A DNA stretch of 64,000 nucleotides from Niveibacterium sp. (GCA_031555325.1 JAVBUM010000031.1:743-64742); one strand, 5' to 3'; counted from the first letter of the stretch, positions 1 through 9,489 are shown. Translations and numbers: made by a program. Notes: generated from the letters alone by a model not told the origin.

Positions 1-612
1 CGACTGGAACGACTCGGCCTACTGGAAACTGATCTGATTGCGGTCCACGGGGTACATCTGACCGCAGACGAGATTACAACTCTCGCCGCCCATGGGGCCA
101 GCGTCGCACACTGTCCAGCCTCCAACATGAAGTTGGCCAGCGGCATCGCTCCAGTCGCCACGATGCTTGAAAAAGGCTTGCGAGTCGGCCTTGGCACTGA
201 CGGTGCGGCCAGCAACAACCGGCTCGACATACTTGGAGAAATGCGTTTGGCAGGACTCCTCGCCAAGGCCACAAATCGGCATGCAGACACTTTCCCTGCT
301 CATGCGCTCTTACGTGCGGCCACGCTTGACAGCGCAGTTGCGCTGCGGATGGATGAGCAGATCGGATCGATTGTGCCTGGTAAGTATGCGGACCTCGTCG
401 CAATCCGCCTTGATGACATCCCGTACGCTCCAGTATTCGACCCCGTGGGACATATTTCCTATGCGGCGGATCGTCGTTGCGTTTCCGATGTCTGGATCGC
501 CGGAAAGCCGCGAGTGCGGGGACATTCGCTGTGGCAGATCAACAACATCGAATTGCTGCGCCGCGTTCGGCTATGGCAGAATCGATTGAAAATACTGGCC
601 ACAGGCCGATAA
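1..612 (+). CDS. TRZ/ATZ-family amidohydrolase (MTA/SAH deaminase-like), 5' end outside window
   Basis: Frame open from base 1 (RLERLGLL...AVHGVHL...AHCPASNMKLASG, GLGTDGAASNN, GSIVPGKYADLV), typical amidohydrolase motifs. Confidence 0.88.
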   Translation, partial: RLERLGLLETDLIAVHGVHLTADEITTLAAHGASVAHCPASNMKLASGIAPVATMLEKGLRVGLGTDGAASNNRLDILGEMRLAGLLAKATNRHADTFPAHALLRAATLDSAVALRMDEQIGSIVPGKYADLVAIRLDDIPYAPVFDPVGHISYAADRRCVSDVWIAGKPRVRGHSLWQINNIELLRRVRLWQNRLKILATGR

Positions 613-706
613 GCACCCGCGTCTCAATATTGCAACGACGTGATGGGTGCACTCATGGGGAACCTCGGGCCGTCTCGGTTCGCAAAAACATTGCAACGAG
701 GAGAAT

Positions 707-1447
707 ATGAAACAAGGTCACAAACTCGCTCTCGTGGCTATCGTTGCAGCGCTGGGCTTGTCCCCGCTCGCGAATGCCCAGCAAGCTGATATTAAGATCA
801 GTCCCAGTACCAAGATCATTCCATACGCAATCGACGCCCGTAACGTCGTCGTTCGTAGCGGCACGGGTCTGTGCGTTCGCACTGGCTACTGGACCAAAGA
901 ACTAGCCGCAAGCACGCTCGTCGAAGGATCCAATCTGCCGGCCGGCTGCTTCTGTGACAAGGATCTGCTGCCGAAGGAAGTCTGCGAGCCGCCGGCACCG
1001 GCTATCACTCGAACTCAGCCCCCGCCGCCGCCGAAAAAGGATGCTCCTGAGCCCAAGACCGAAAAGGTCACCTTGGCTGCGGACACCCTCTTCGACTTCG
1101 ACAAGGCGACGCTGCGGCCCGAGGGCAGGACGACGCTTACAGAGTTTGCAGGGAAAGCCAAGGCGCTGACCATCGAAGTGATCATCGCTGTGGGCCATAC
1201 CGACCGCATCGGTACCGACAAGTACAATCAGGCACTGTCCGAACGTCGCTCTGCGGCAGTGAAGGAATTCTTGGTTGGCCAAGGCATCGATCCAAATCGC
1301 GTTTATACCGAAGGCAAGGGTGAGACGCAGCCTGTGTCGGACTGCAAGAATCTCGGCAAGGAAACTGGCAGCAACAAGAAGCTGGTGGAATGCCTGCAAC
1401 CCGATCGTCGCGTGGATTTGGAAGTTATCGGAACGACCAAGCCGTAA
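707..1447 (+). CDS. ompA: OmpA-family outer membrane protein
   Basis: RBS GAGGAG before ATG 707; signal peptide, Pro-rich linker, OmpA C-domain (LFDFDKATL, VGHTDRIG, YNQALSERR, DRRV). Confidence 0.92.
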   Translation: MKQGHKLALVAIVAALGLSPLANAQQADIKISPSTKIIPYAIDARNVVVRSGTGLCVRTGYWTKELAASTLVEGSNLPAGCFCDKDLLPKEVCEPPAPAITRTQPPPPPKKDAPEPKTEKVTLAADTLFDFDKATLRPEGRTTLTEFAGKAKALTIEVIIAVGHTDRIGTDKYNQALSERRSAAVKEFLVGQGIDPNRVYTEGKGETQPVSDCKNLGKETGSNKKLVECLQPDRRVDLEVIGTTKP

Positions 1448-1463
1448 CTCCTGGCACTTCACG

Positions 1464-1498
1464 AAAAAAGCCCTGCTCTCAGAGTAGGGCTTTTTTTT
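1464..1498 (+). terminator. Rho-independent terminator (bidirectional type)
   Basis: AAAAAAGCCCTGCTCT-CAGAGTAGGGCTTTTTTTT hairpin with U tract directly after ompA. Confidence 0.9.
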
Positions 1499-1552
1499 CG
1501 CCACGAGTCTAGGGACAATCCAGTTCAGATTCTCTTCACTTTATTCCACTCC

Positions 1553-2266
1553 ATGAAAGCAACCAGCCACCTAAACGCCGACCCTGCCGAACTACGCAAG
1601 TTCAGCGAACTCGCCCATCGCTGGTGGGATCCGCAGTCCGAATTCCGGCCTTTGCATGAGATCAATCCACTTCGCTTGGAATGGATCGAGGCTTCAGCGA
1701 GACTTCGCGACAGGCGCGTAATTGACGTCGGATGCGGCGGCGGCCTTCTTTCCGAAGGCATGGCCGCACGTGGCGCAATAGTGACAGGTATAGACCTTTC
1801 GGAGCGTGCTCTTGGGGTAGCAAGACTCCATCTGTACGAAAGCGGCCTACACGTCGACTACCACCAGATCTCTGCAGAGGAAATTGCTTGCGACCAGGCG
1901 GAGGGCTTTGACGGTGTCACATGCATGGAAATGCTCGAGCACGTACCAGATCCCGCCAGCACTATTGATGCATGTGCAAAGCTCGCACGGCCTGGTGCGG
2001 CGGTATTTTTTTCCACCATCAGCAGGAATCCGAAGGCTTATCTACTAGCCGTGGTAGGTGCCGAGTATCTACTGCGGATGCTACCGCGAGGCACTCACGA
2101 ATACGCTCGTTTCATCAAACCATCCGAACTCGCCCGCATGGCACGTACTGCTGGTCTTCTTGTTGAGGAGGTGATCGGGATGACTTACAACCCCTTTACG
2201 AAGCGATATGCACTTGGGTTAGATACGGACGTAAACTATCTCGTACGTTGTAGGAAGCTCGCTTGA
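1553..2266 (+). CDS. ubiG: Bifunctional 2-polyprenyl-6-hydroxyphenol methylase / 3-demethylubiquinol 3-O-methyltransferase
   Basis: [39 protein letters not shown] motifs. Confidence 0.97.
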   Translation: MKATSHLNADPAELRKFSELAHRWWDPQSEFRPLHEINPLRLEWIEASARLRDRRVIDVGCGGGLLSEGMAARGAIVTGIDLSERALGVARLHLYESGLHVDYHQISAEEIACDQAEGFDGVTCMEMLEHVPDPASTIDACAKLARPGAAVFFSTISRNPKAYLLAVVGAEYLLRMLPRGTHEYARFIKPSELARMARTAGLLVEEVIGMTYNPFTKRYALGLDTDVNYLVRCRKLA

Positions 2267-2934
2267 TGAGTGTCGAATGCATACTTTTCGATCTGGATGG
2301 CACCCTCGCGGATACGGCGCCCGATCTCACATTGGCCCTAAACCGTATCCGCGATGAAGAAGGTCTCTCGTCCATAGAGGCGGAACGATCCCGTGCGTTT
2401 ACGTCCCAAGGAGTACGCGGCCTACTTCGGATCGGCTTTGGCCTTCACCCTGACGACCCAGCTTACCCGGAGATGGCACGTCGATTCCTGGCCCATTACG
2501 AGCATGCCATATGCCTTGAGACACGTCTGTTCGATGGAATCGAAGCAGTGCTCACAGAACTGGAAAGGCTAGGCATCAAATGGGGTATCGTCACAAACAA
2601 GCATGCGAAATTCACTACTCCGCTACTCGCAGCTCTACAACTCGATCGGCGTGCTGCATGTGTGGTCTCTGGTGACACTACTCCTCGCGCAAAGCCATTC
2701 CCCGACCCTTTGCTCTATGGCTGTGCTGTTGCGGGCGTAGAGCCTCAACGCAGCATCTACATCGGCGACGATCTTCGAGACATTCAGGCGGGACGTGCCG
2801 CAAATATGATGGCCTTTGCAGCAGCTTGGGGTTACCTCGGACAAGAGGCGCCAATCGAGACTTGGGGCGCGGACGCCATCATCGCAGAACCACATATGCT
2901 GATCGAAGAGCTGGGCAGGCTAGTTCTGCGGTAG
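2266..2934 (+). CDS. gph: HAD-IA phosphatase (phosphoglycolate phosphatase-like)
   Basis: FDLDGTLADT, VTNK, KPFPDPLL, YIGDDLRDI; conserved position after ubiG. Confidence 0.88.
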   Translation: MSVECILFDLDGTLADTAPDLTLALNRIRDEEGLSSIEAERSRAFTSQGVRGLLRIGFGLHPDDPAYPEMARRFLAHYEHAICLETRLFDGIEAVLTELERLGIKWGIVTNKHAKFTTPLLAALQLDRRAACVVSGDTTPRAKPFPDPLLYGCAVAGVEPQRSIYIGDDLRDIQAGRAANMMAFAAAWGYLGQEAPIETWGADAIIAEPHMLIEELGRLVLR

Positions 2935-2986
2935 AATTCGAACTGCCACTTGAAAATCTTCGTGGCACCCCAATAGTCGGCTATAA

Positions 2987-3348
2987 GGGGGCGACCTGGT
3001 TTCGACGTGGGTTGCGAAGCAGCTTGGTGCATACCGAGGTCCAGTCACCTCGTAAATCCGCTGGAAAACTATACTCGCCAACGACGAGTCCTTCGCTCTG
3101 GCCGCTTAAGGCCTAGGCCGCTGCACTGATACGTCACTGGATCAGGCTGGGCAACTGGCAGCAGCGTCATTTACAGTGAATCGGTTTGTGTCGGGTTACT
3201 TGGCACAATCCTAAATCCAAGGTGACTCGCTGCTGGTCGGCCTGCCATTCGGCTAAACCAGTGGTCAAATTCAAGTAGGATGGCTAAGTATGTAGATCCG
3301 GTTGTAGAGAGCTTACGGACGCGGGTTCGATTCCCGCCGCCTCCACCA
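2987..3348 (+). ncRNA. ssrA: Transfer-messenger RNA (tmRNA)
   Basis: 5' GGGGGCGACCTGGTTTCGACG; tag ORF 3077-3109 ANDESFALAA*; 3' T-arm GGGTTCGATTCCC and CCTCCACCA end. Confidence 0.97.
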
Positions 3349-3374
3349 AGACGTAGTATCAAGCAGCACCAAAC

Positions 3375-3415
3375 AGGCCAGAACACCTAGCAATATCAAG
3401 GGTTCTGGCCTTTTT
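3375..3415 (+). terminator. Terminator-like hairpin after ssrA
   Basis: AGGCCAGAAC/GTTCTGGCCT 10-bp stem with 17-nt loop, followed by a T run. Confidence 0.7.
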
Positions 3416-3911
3416 GTTGGGCCAACAAGTTCGGACTACCTCACTGCTAGCCCCACTCGTTTGGGCATCATTCGTAAGGGCGTCGCCACCTGATCGCCGA
3501 CCAAAGTAGATCGGCTTACTCTGGGTAATTACCGGACACTTCATTAAGTATTGCACAGAGCAGCGGGAAGAAGCCCGAAACTTCTCGCGCTTGAAGTAGA
3601 TCCAGGCGAGAACAAGAGCGCGCGACGGGCGGAGAAAACGTCGGCAGCTGCGTCAATTCCGCACAAGGAACTGTACCCAGTAGTCGTGGCCCCGCTCGGG
3701 ATCCCTTCGCCAAGTCTGCGCTTCAACCGTTGTAGCGAAGAAGAGCAGTCTCGCACAACCTGCAACAAAGGCTTACTCAATGCTGAGCTTCGGTCTGCCA
3801 CAATAGCTTGGCATCCACGACCCCGGGGAACTAGGCAGATCACCTCGGACCACTGCAATCTGTTTGGATTTGGCTGATTCCCCCACATTCCAAGTCAAAG
3901 GAGCGTATGTC

Positions 3912-4169
3912 ATGGCCATCTCTGCTTTCCCCCACATACATTCCGGCCATCTGCTTTCTTGGATCGCCAACTGTGCCGGCTACACGATTTCAAAAGGAGC
4001 GCGGGCCGTCTGGAGTGCAATCGCGAGCATGGGAGTCCCGCACGACATGACGCTTGATGAATTAGAGCGCTATATGGAGAAGGCGCAAAGCCCTGAGGAC
4101 GAAGCACGGCGCCTGCGCACCTGGGATGAGCATGTAGGTCGTATGCGGGGCTGGCCGCCGCGGCACTAG
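3912..4169 (+). CDS. Small hypothetical protein (85 aa)
   Basis: AAGGAG RBS upstream of ATG 3912; charged helical C-terminus DELERYMEKAQSPEDEARRLRTW. Confidence 0.55.
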   Translation: MAISAFPHIHSGHLLSWIANCAGYTISKGARAVWSAIASMGVPHDMTLDELERYMEKAQSPEDEARRLRTWDEHVGRMRGWPPRH

Positions 4170-4213
4170 AATCTGTTCTAAACGATGCTATTTGAGTTTC
4201 TTTTGTTCCGAAA

Positions 4214-4226
4214 AATCAAATAGTTA
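4214..4226 (+). promoter_or_regulatory. IHF consensus site
   Basis: AATCAAATAGTTA matches WATCAANNNNTTR exactly, within an AT-rich tract. Confidence 0.5.
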
Positions 4227-4279
4227 TAAATATTTTTACAGAACTAAGTTTGATAATTAAAACGACAAGACAGCCCTTA

Positions 4280-4292
4280 AATCAAGGGGTTG
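4280..4292 (+). promoter_or_regulatory. IHF consensus site
   Basis: AATCAAGGGGTTG matches WATCAANNNNTTR exactly, with an AT-rich upstream tract. Confidence 0.5.
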
Positions 4293-4393
4293 CAGGAACA
4301 TTGTCATAGTTCAGAATAAGCTCTAGGCCGGCATGAGGCCACGGCAACTCGGTTTTTTGCGTAGCCGGCCATAGGGTTCGTTCTGAGGCGGTT

Positions 4394-5020
4394 TCAGCCG
4401 CGCGCCAGCGCCGCCGCCTCCGACGCCAGTTTTTCCACCGCGTTCCAGTCACCCACAGCAATGCGATCTGGCGGCAACATCCAGGAACCGCCGACGCAGA
4501 TGACGTTTGGCAATGAAAGCCACTCGGAAGCATTTGCAGGATTGATCCCGCCCGTAGGACAGAAGCGGACTTCCGCAAAAGGTCCGCTAAATGCGCGGGC
4601 CAGACCGAGACCGCCAATCTCCATTGCAGGGAAGAGCTTCAGGCGGTCGAACCCCATATCCATGGCAGCCATGACCTCCGAAGCACTACCCACACCGGGC
4701 AACAACGGCAGTTGCGCACCGCACGCCGCGGCCCCAAGCTCGTGGGTCAGTCCAGGGCTCACTGCAAATTGAACACCGGCCTTCTGCACGATATCGAACT
4801 GCTCAACGGTACGTACCGTTCCAGCGCCAACGACAGCATCCGGCACCTCAGCCATGATCCGCTTCATCGCATTAAGCGCTACGGGCGTACGCAACGTCAC
4901 TTCAAGCGCTCGCAAACCACCGGCGACCAGTGCACGCGCCATCGGTACAGCATCCTCGATACGATCAATGCGGATCACCGGAATCACCGCGCCAAGGCGC
5001 ATTACATCTTCTGCTTTCAT
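4394..5020 (-). CDS. eda: KDPG/KHG aldolase
   Basis: VIPVI, LEVTLRT, VGAGTV, FAVSPG, KLFPA, FCPTGGI motifs. Confidence 0.96.
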   Translation of the reverse strand: MKAEDVMRLGAVIPVIRIDRIEDAVPMARALVAGGLRALEVTLRTPVALNAMKRIMAEVPDAVVGAGTVRTVEQFDIVQKAGVQFAVSPGLTHELGAAACGAQLPLLPGVGSASEVMAAMDMGFDRLKLFPAMEIGGLGLARAFSGPFAEVRFCPTGGINPANASEWLSLPNVICVGGSWMLPPDRIAVGDWNAVEKLASEAAALARG

Positions 5021-5166
5021 AACATTCCCTCAGGGGGACCAAGTCCGGCGACGTTACGCCTGTCGGGCTCAAGAGTTCAATCGCGACGTGATCGGCTCCG
5101 CGTGCCTCAACAGCGAGCAGGCGTAGCCTTCACAATCCCAGCCAAGGCTGTAAGAGCCAAATTGCC

Positions 5167-6111
5167 TCAGGCAAGAAGCCCCGTGAGCATCGCCGCAAGT
5201 GGGATAATTGCACCTGGATACTGGATCACAGTTGCAGCAAGCCGGTTCCCGGCGCGCGCAGCAGCATCGGGCGCCAGCCCGTGCAACCGCGCTGCTAGAT
5301 AGCCCGCCGCAAACGCGTCACCCGCCGCAGTCATGTCGACGACGCGCGAAACGTGCTCGACCGGAATCATGGCACGCAGCCCATCCTCGCCACGCACCTC
5401 CGTCGGGAGCGCTCCACGCTTGATAACAACCTCGCGGCAAGGATAGGCGGCTACGCGTTCAAGCATCTGCGCCTCGCCCTGCGCCTCGTGAACCTCCAAC
5501 TCATCGGAAAGGGTCACGAGCGCAATGTCGGCCAGCGCGTAAGCAGTCTGGTAAGCCACACGCGCCGCCTCAGCGGAAGGCCACAGCCTCGCGCAATAGT
5601 TGTTGTCGAAAACAATCATCGCGTCCTGGGCGCGGAGCGATTCCATCAGCCTGTACAGGCGGTCGCGCCCAGCTGGGGACAGGATCGCAAGGCTAATGCC
5701 TGAGAGGTAGAAGACATCGACTTCATCTTGGCGAGCTTCAAGCGAATTTGTTTCGCCCTCAAAATAATTGCGTGCGGCACTATTCTGGCACCAATAGGAG
5801 AAAACACGCTCCCCCGTACCACCGACCTGAATTGTATAGAGCCCGGGCAACTCGCCTGGGCGTTTGCAGACGAATTCGGTTCCGATACCCTCGGACTCCC
5901 AATTGGCGAGCATCGCATTGCTGTAGGGGTCATTATCGCCGATGGCGGTCGCATAGCTCACACGGTAAGCACCACCAGCAAGACGAGCAAGGTAGACCGC
6001 CGTGTTGAAGGTGTCCCCACCGAAGGACTGACGCATCAGCTCCGGCTCTACGTTACGTAGCTCGATCATGCATTCGCCGAGCGCGACGACATGTTTCTGC
6101 GATGCTGTCAT
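5167..6111 (-). CDS. kdgK: 2-keto-3-deoxygluconate kinase (PfkB family), with substitutions at conserved positions
   Basis: GECMIEL, FGGDTFNTAVYLAR, LPGLY, YLSGISLAIL, AAGDAFAAGY; adjacent to eda. Confidence 0.9.
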   Translation of the reverse strand: MTASQKHVVALGECMIELRNVEPELMRQSFGGDTFNTAVYLARLAGGAYRVSYATAIGDNDPYSNAMLANWESEGIGTEFVCKRPGELPGLYTIQVGGTGERVFSYWCQNSAARNYFEGETNSLEARQDEVDVFYLSGISLAILSPAGRDRLYRLMESLRAQDAMIVFDNNYCARLWPSAEAARVAYQTAYALADIALVTLSDELEVHEAQGEAQMLERVAAYPCREVVIKRGALPTEVRGEDGLRAMIPVEHVSRVVDMTAAGDAFAAGYLAARLHGLAPDAAARAGNRLAATVIQYPGAIIPLAAMLTGLLA

Positions 6112-6154
6112 GGCTGTCTGTTGCCGCACGACGGACCCGGGAATAGCACTCGGA

Positions 6155-6325
6155 TCAACGCGCCGCACACGCCCCTTCTGGATTGTGATGAACGAAATAG
6201 CTGGCCCTCGACAAGCCAACCCTCTCCACCGTCAGGAAGAGGGCAGCCCCCGTGCCAGGAAGGATCTGCTGACGCAGGTTCACATAGATTCGCTCTGCTG
6301 CGGTCCGTAATCTGTTGAATGGCAT
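6155..6325 (-). pseudogene. Probable degenerate GntR-family regulator N-terminal fragment
   Basis: MPFNRLRTAAERIYVNLRQQILPG...VGLSR resembles the start of a GntR winged-HTH; only 56 aa with no effector domain. Confidence 0.45.
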
Positions 6326-6580
6326 GTTTCGGAGTTTCTTAATTGAAACACGTTGCACGGGGATGAGCCGAATCTGACCTCCCTCCCCGCCTGCAATTCT
6401 AGGGCCAGCCTCGCTCTTACGCTGCTCGCACTCGTGATGATCCGCACCCAATTCGAAGTTGGGCAAAAGAACCAGAGCGACAAACCGCAATCTGGCAATG
6501 GCAGGAAGGCAAACCGCTCAGGAAATGCTACTCGGGCAGATCCAGGCAAGCGCAGTACTGCTCACCATCCGAGACGAAGA

Positions 6581-7501
6581 TCAAGCAGTATCAACAGGCT
6601 GCGCCTCAAGACTTGCAGGCAGACCGAAATGCTCGCGACAAAGCGCCAGAAAAGCGCGCGCCGCATACGACAGATAACTGCCCTGCTCCCAGACAAGAGC
6701 AAGCCGCCAAGGAATTTCAGGTTGGACAAGGCGACTATGCGCGAATCGCTCAAATCCGAGACGCGCGCAAAGTTGGGCCGGCAGCAAAGCAATGCCAAGC
6801 CTTGCATCGACAAGTTCCGCAATAAAGTCCCACTGCCCGCTGCGTGCAGCAATCCGAGGGGTGAGGCCAAGCCCTGCGTAAGCCGTAAGAATGCGGTCAG
6901 ACAGCGCATACGTCTCGGTAAAGAGGATCAGCGCCTGATCGGCAAGCTCGGTCAGCGTGATCTCTTCGCGACCGGCCAACGGTGCATCGTGAGGCATCAG
7001 CGCATGGAGCGGCTCTCGCGTGAATTCAAGCCCGGCGAGTCGTACCGCCGGTGACGGCAGGACGGTTACCGCCAGTTCCACCTCACCTTCTCCAATCGCA
7101 CGCTCAAGGCGACGGGCACCATCCTCGATCAGCCGTAATGCAATACCCGGATGGCGCAGTCCGAAGCCCCTTAACACGGGCGCAAAGAATGTCGCGCCAA
7201 CCATGGGTGGCAGGCCGAGCACCAATTCACCACGCGACAGATCCGCAAGTTCAGCCAGCTCGCGACGCAAGCGACCGAAGTCGCCAATCAGACTTTGCCC
7301 CCGCTCGAATACTACGCGCCCAGCGTCTGTAAGCCGTTTGCTGCGTCCTTCCCGCAGGAGCAACGGTGCGCCAACTTCTTCTTCCAACTGGCGAATCATC
7401 TTGCTGATCGTTGGCTGCGTCACATGTAGTACTTCGGCTGCGCGTGTAAACCCGCCCAGACGTACCACCTCAACGAAATAACGGAGCGCACGCAAATCCA
7501 C
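6581..7501 (-). CDS. LysR-family regulator (CidR-like)
   Basis: MDLRALRYFVEVVRLGGFTRAAEVLHVTQPTISKMIRQLE HTH; divergent from a cidA/lrgB pair. Confidence 0.93.
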   Translation of the reverse strand: MDLRALRYFVEVVRLGGFTRAAEVLHVTQPTISKMIRQLEEEVGAPLLLREGRSKRLTDAGRVVFERGQSLIGDFGRLRRELAELADLSRGELVLGLPPMVGATFFAPVLRGFGLRHPGIALRLIEDGARRLERAIGEGEVELAVTVLPSPAVRLAGLEFTREPLHALMPHDAPLAGREEITLTELADQALILFTETYALSDRILTAYAGLGLTPRIAARSGQWDFIAELVDARLGIALLPAQLCARLGFERFAHSRLVQPEIPWRLALVWEQGSYLSYAARAFLALCREHFGLPASLEAQPVDTA

Positions 7502-7607
7502 GAATCATTCCTCATTGGAATGCTATCGATAAGAATAAGTCATTTTTGCTATCCATCCAGCCACTCTAGACTTCATCCTGTCCCTGCAGTAATCGAGCAC
7601 CAGAGCC

Positions 7608-8003
7608 ATGTCCGCTGCCTCCGTCTCCCACTTCGCCCGCACCCTGATTCAGGTCGCCGCGCTGGCGGTCATCTTCATCGCGGCAGACTGGATCGCCCGC
7701 CACGCCCTATCCGGCTTCCCAGCGAGCGTGCTCGGCCTAGCCCTCCTGCTTATCCTCCTCGCCGCCGGAATCGTGCCGCGTGGATGGCTTGCCGACGGTG
7801 CACGCTGGCTGCTCAGCGAAATGCTGCTGTTTTTCATTCCCGCAGTGATCGGAGTGATCCAGTATCCGAATCTCGTTCGCGAGCATGGGCTCGCGATCCT
7901 CGCAGTAATCGTTGGTAGCACCTTCTGCGTCATGGCCGCAACAGCACTGGCCGTCGACCTGACCTGGCGACTTGAAGAGAAGTTGCGCAAGGTTCCAGCA
8001 TGA
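7608..8003 (+). CDS. CidA/LrgA holin-like membrane protein
   Basis: Four TM segments, FPASVLGL, EMLLFFIPAVIGV. Confidence 0.9.
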   Translation: MSAASVSHFARTLIQVAALAVIFIAADWIARHALSGFPASVLGLALLLILLAAGIVPRGWLADGARWLLSEMLLFFIPAVIGVIQYPNLVREHGLAILAVIVGSTFCVMAATALAVDLTWRLEEKLRKVPA

Positions 8004-8674
8004 TCGCTTGGATCTGCCTTGCCGCGACTCTCGGGCTGTATGCCGCGGCGCGGCGCCTCTACCGACGCTACCCACGCGCCTGGCTGTCACCACTCATCGT
8101 AGTGCCACTGGTCCTCATCGCATGCTTGAGCGCAGCACATGTTCCCTACGCTCTGTACGCCACTCGCGCACACTGGCTTGGCTGGCTGCTCGGGCCGGCT
8201 ACTGTCGCATTTGCCGTGCCGATATACGAGCAGCGCTCAACGATCCGAAGCCACTGGCTACCGCTGGGGGTCGGAGTCGTGGTCGGAATGGCCGTGGCGG
8301 TAGTAAGCACAGTTGCGCTAGCGCGCCTCTTTGATCTACCAGCAACGCTGGAACGCAGCTTAGCGGTCCGCTCGATCAGCACACCATTCGCAATGGTGGC
8401 CGCGCCCGAAATCGGGGGTGCAGCGGATCTCGCCGCCGTATTCGTGGTGCTGACTGGCGTGACCGGTGCGATGATTGGTCAGCTCCTGCTCGCCTTCCTG
8501 CCCATCCAGTCGAGCGTGGCCCGAGGCGCACTCTTCGGAGCCGGGGCGCACGCAGCAGGCACCGCAACGGCTCACTCACGCGCTCAGGACGAAGGCGTAA
8601 TTGCGAGCCTGACAATGATCATCGCTGGCATCATGATGGTCTTCGTCGCCCCCTGGCTGGCCCCATTGCTCTAG
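8000..8674 (+). CDS. CidB/LrgB family membrane protein
   Basis: LLGPATVAFAVPIY, RSISTPFAM, GAHAAGTA; 4-bp overlap with the cidA-like gene. Confidence 0.92.
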   Translation: MIAWICLAATLGLYAAARRLYRRYPRAWLSPLIVVPLVLIACLSAAHVPYALYATRAHWLGWLLGPATVAFAVPIYEQRSTIRSHWLPLGVGVVVGMAVAVVSTVALARLFDLPATLERSLAVRSISTPFAMVAAPEIGGAADLAAVFVVLTGVTGAMIGQLLLAFLPIQSSVARGALFGAGAHAAGTATAHSRAQDEGVIASLTMIIAGIMMVFVAPWLAPLL

Positions 8675-8688
8675 GGCCAGCGCCTCAC

Positions 8689-9489
8689 CTACTGGTTGGC
8701 GCACACAGTCGCCACATGGTAGTTGGCGATGTGCACAAACTGGGCGAGCGAGAGCGTCTCACCCCGTGCAACCGGGTCGATACCAAGTGCCTCGAAATCA
8801 GCGACATTCAGGTAATCGCGCAGCGTATTGCGCAATGTCTTCCGGCGCTGGCCAAAAGCTGCCGTCACGATCTTTCCAAGCAATGACGCATCCGCGCAAT
8901 CAAGCGCTGTCGTAGGCTTGGGAATCATGCGGACGATGGCTGACGTTACCTTTGGGGCAGGGCGGAAAGCCCCTGGTGAAACATCGAACAGCTTAACCAT
9001 GTCGAAGCGGTACTGGAGCATTACTCCCAAGCGCCCATAGGCTTCGGTGTCCGGCTCGGCAACCATCCGGTCGACAACCTCCTTCTGCAGCATGAAAGTC
9101 ATCTCACGCACACGATCAGCAGAGTCGGCCAAATGAAACAAAAGTGGCGTCGATATGTTGTACGGCAGGTTACCAACAACCTTCAGCCCCGTCGGCAACC
9201 GCGCAAAATCGAACCGCAGTGCGTCACCTTCATGGATCGTCAGCACCTCAGGCGAATATGCCTCCTTCAAGCGCGCGATGAGATCACGATCGATCTCCAC
9301 GACATGCAGGTGATCGCAAGTCGCCAGCAACGGTCCGGTCAGCGCACCAAGCCCGGGTCCAATTTCGACTACCGCATCGCCAGGCTTGGCGGCAATCGCA
9401 GCGACGATCTTCCGGATGACATTAGGATCGATGAGGAAGTTCTGGCCAAAGCGCTTGCGCGCCTGATGCCCGTGCAGCGTGCCTGTCAT
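8689..9489 (-). CDS. rsmA: 16S rRNA dimethyladenosine transferase
   Basis: [38 protein letters not shown]. Confidence 0.97.
   Translation of the reverse strand: MTGTLHGHQARKRFGQNFLIDPNVIRKIVAAIAAKPGDAVVEIGPGLGALTGPLLATCDHLHVVEIDRDLIARLKEAYSPEVLTIHEGDALRFDFARLPTGLKVVGNLPYNISTPLLFHLADSADRVREMTFMLQKEVVDRMVAEPDTEAYGRLGVMLQYRFDMVKLFDVSPGAFRPAPKVTSAIVRMIPKPTTALDCADASLLGKIVTAAFGQRRKTLRNTLRDYLNVADFEALGIDPVARGETLSLAQFVHIANYHVATVCANQ

Noticed and set aside
4411-4421. CCGCCGCCTCC, an 11-nt match to the tmRNA 3' end, as a possible attR
   Set aside because: It lies inside eda coding sequence (SEAAA codons) and lacks the ACCA end; an 11-nt GC-rich match is expected by chance.
6353-7054. 233-aa plus-strand ORF
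   Set aside because: Mostly antisense to the LysR gene; low-complexity Arg/Lys-rich translation typical of shadow frames.
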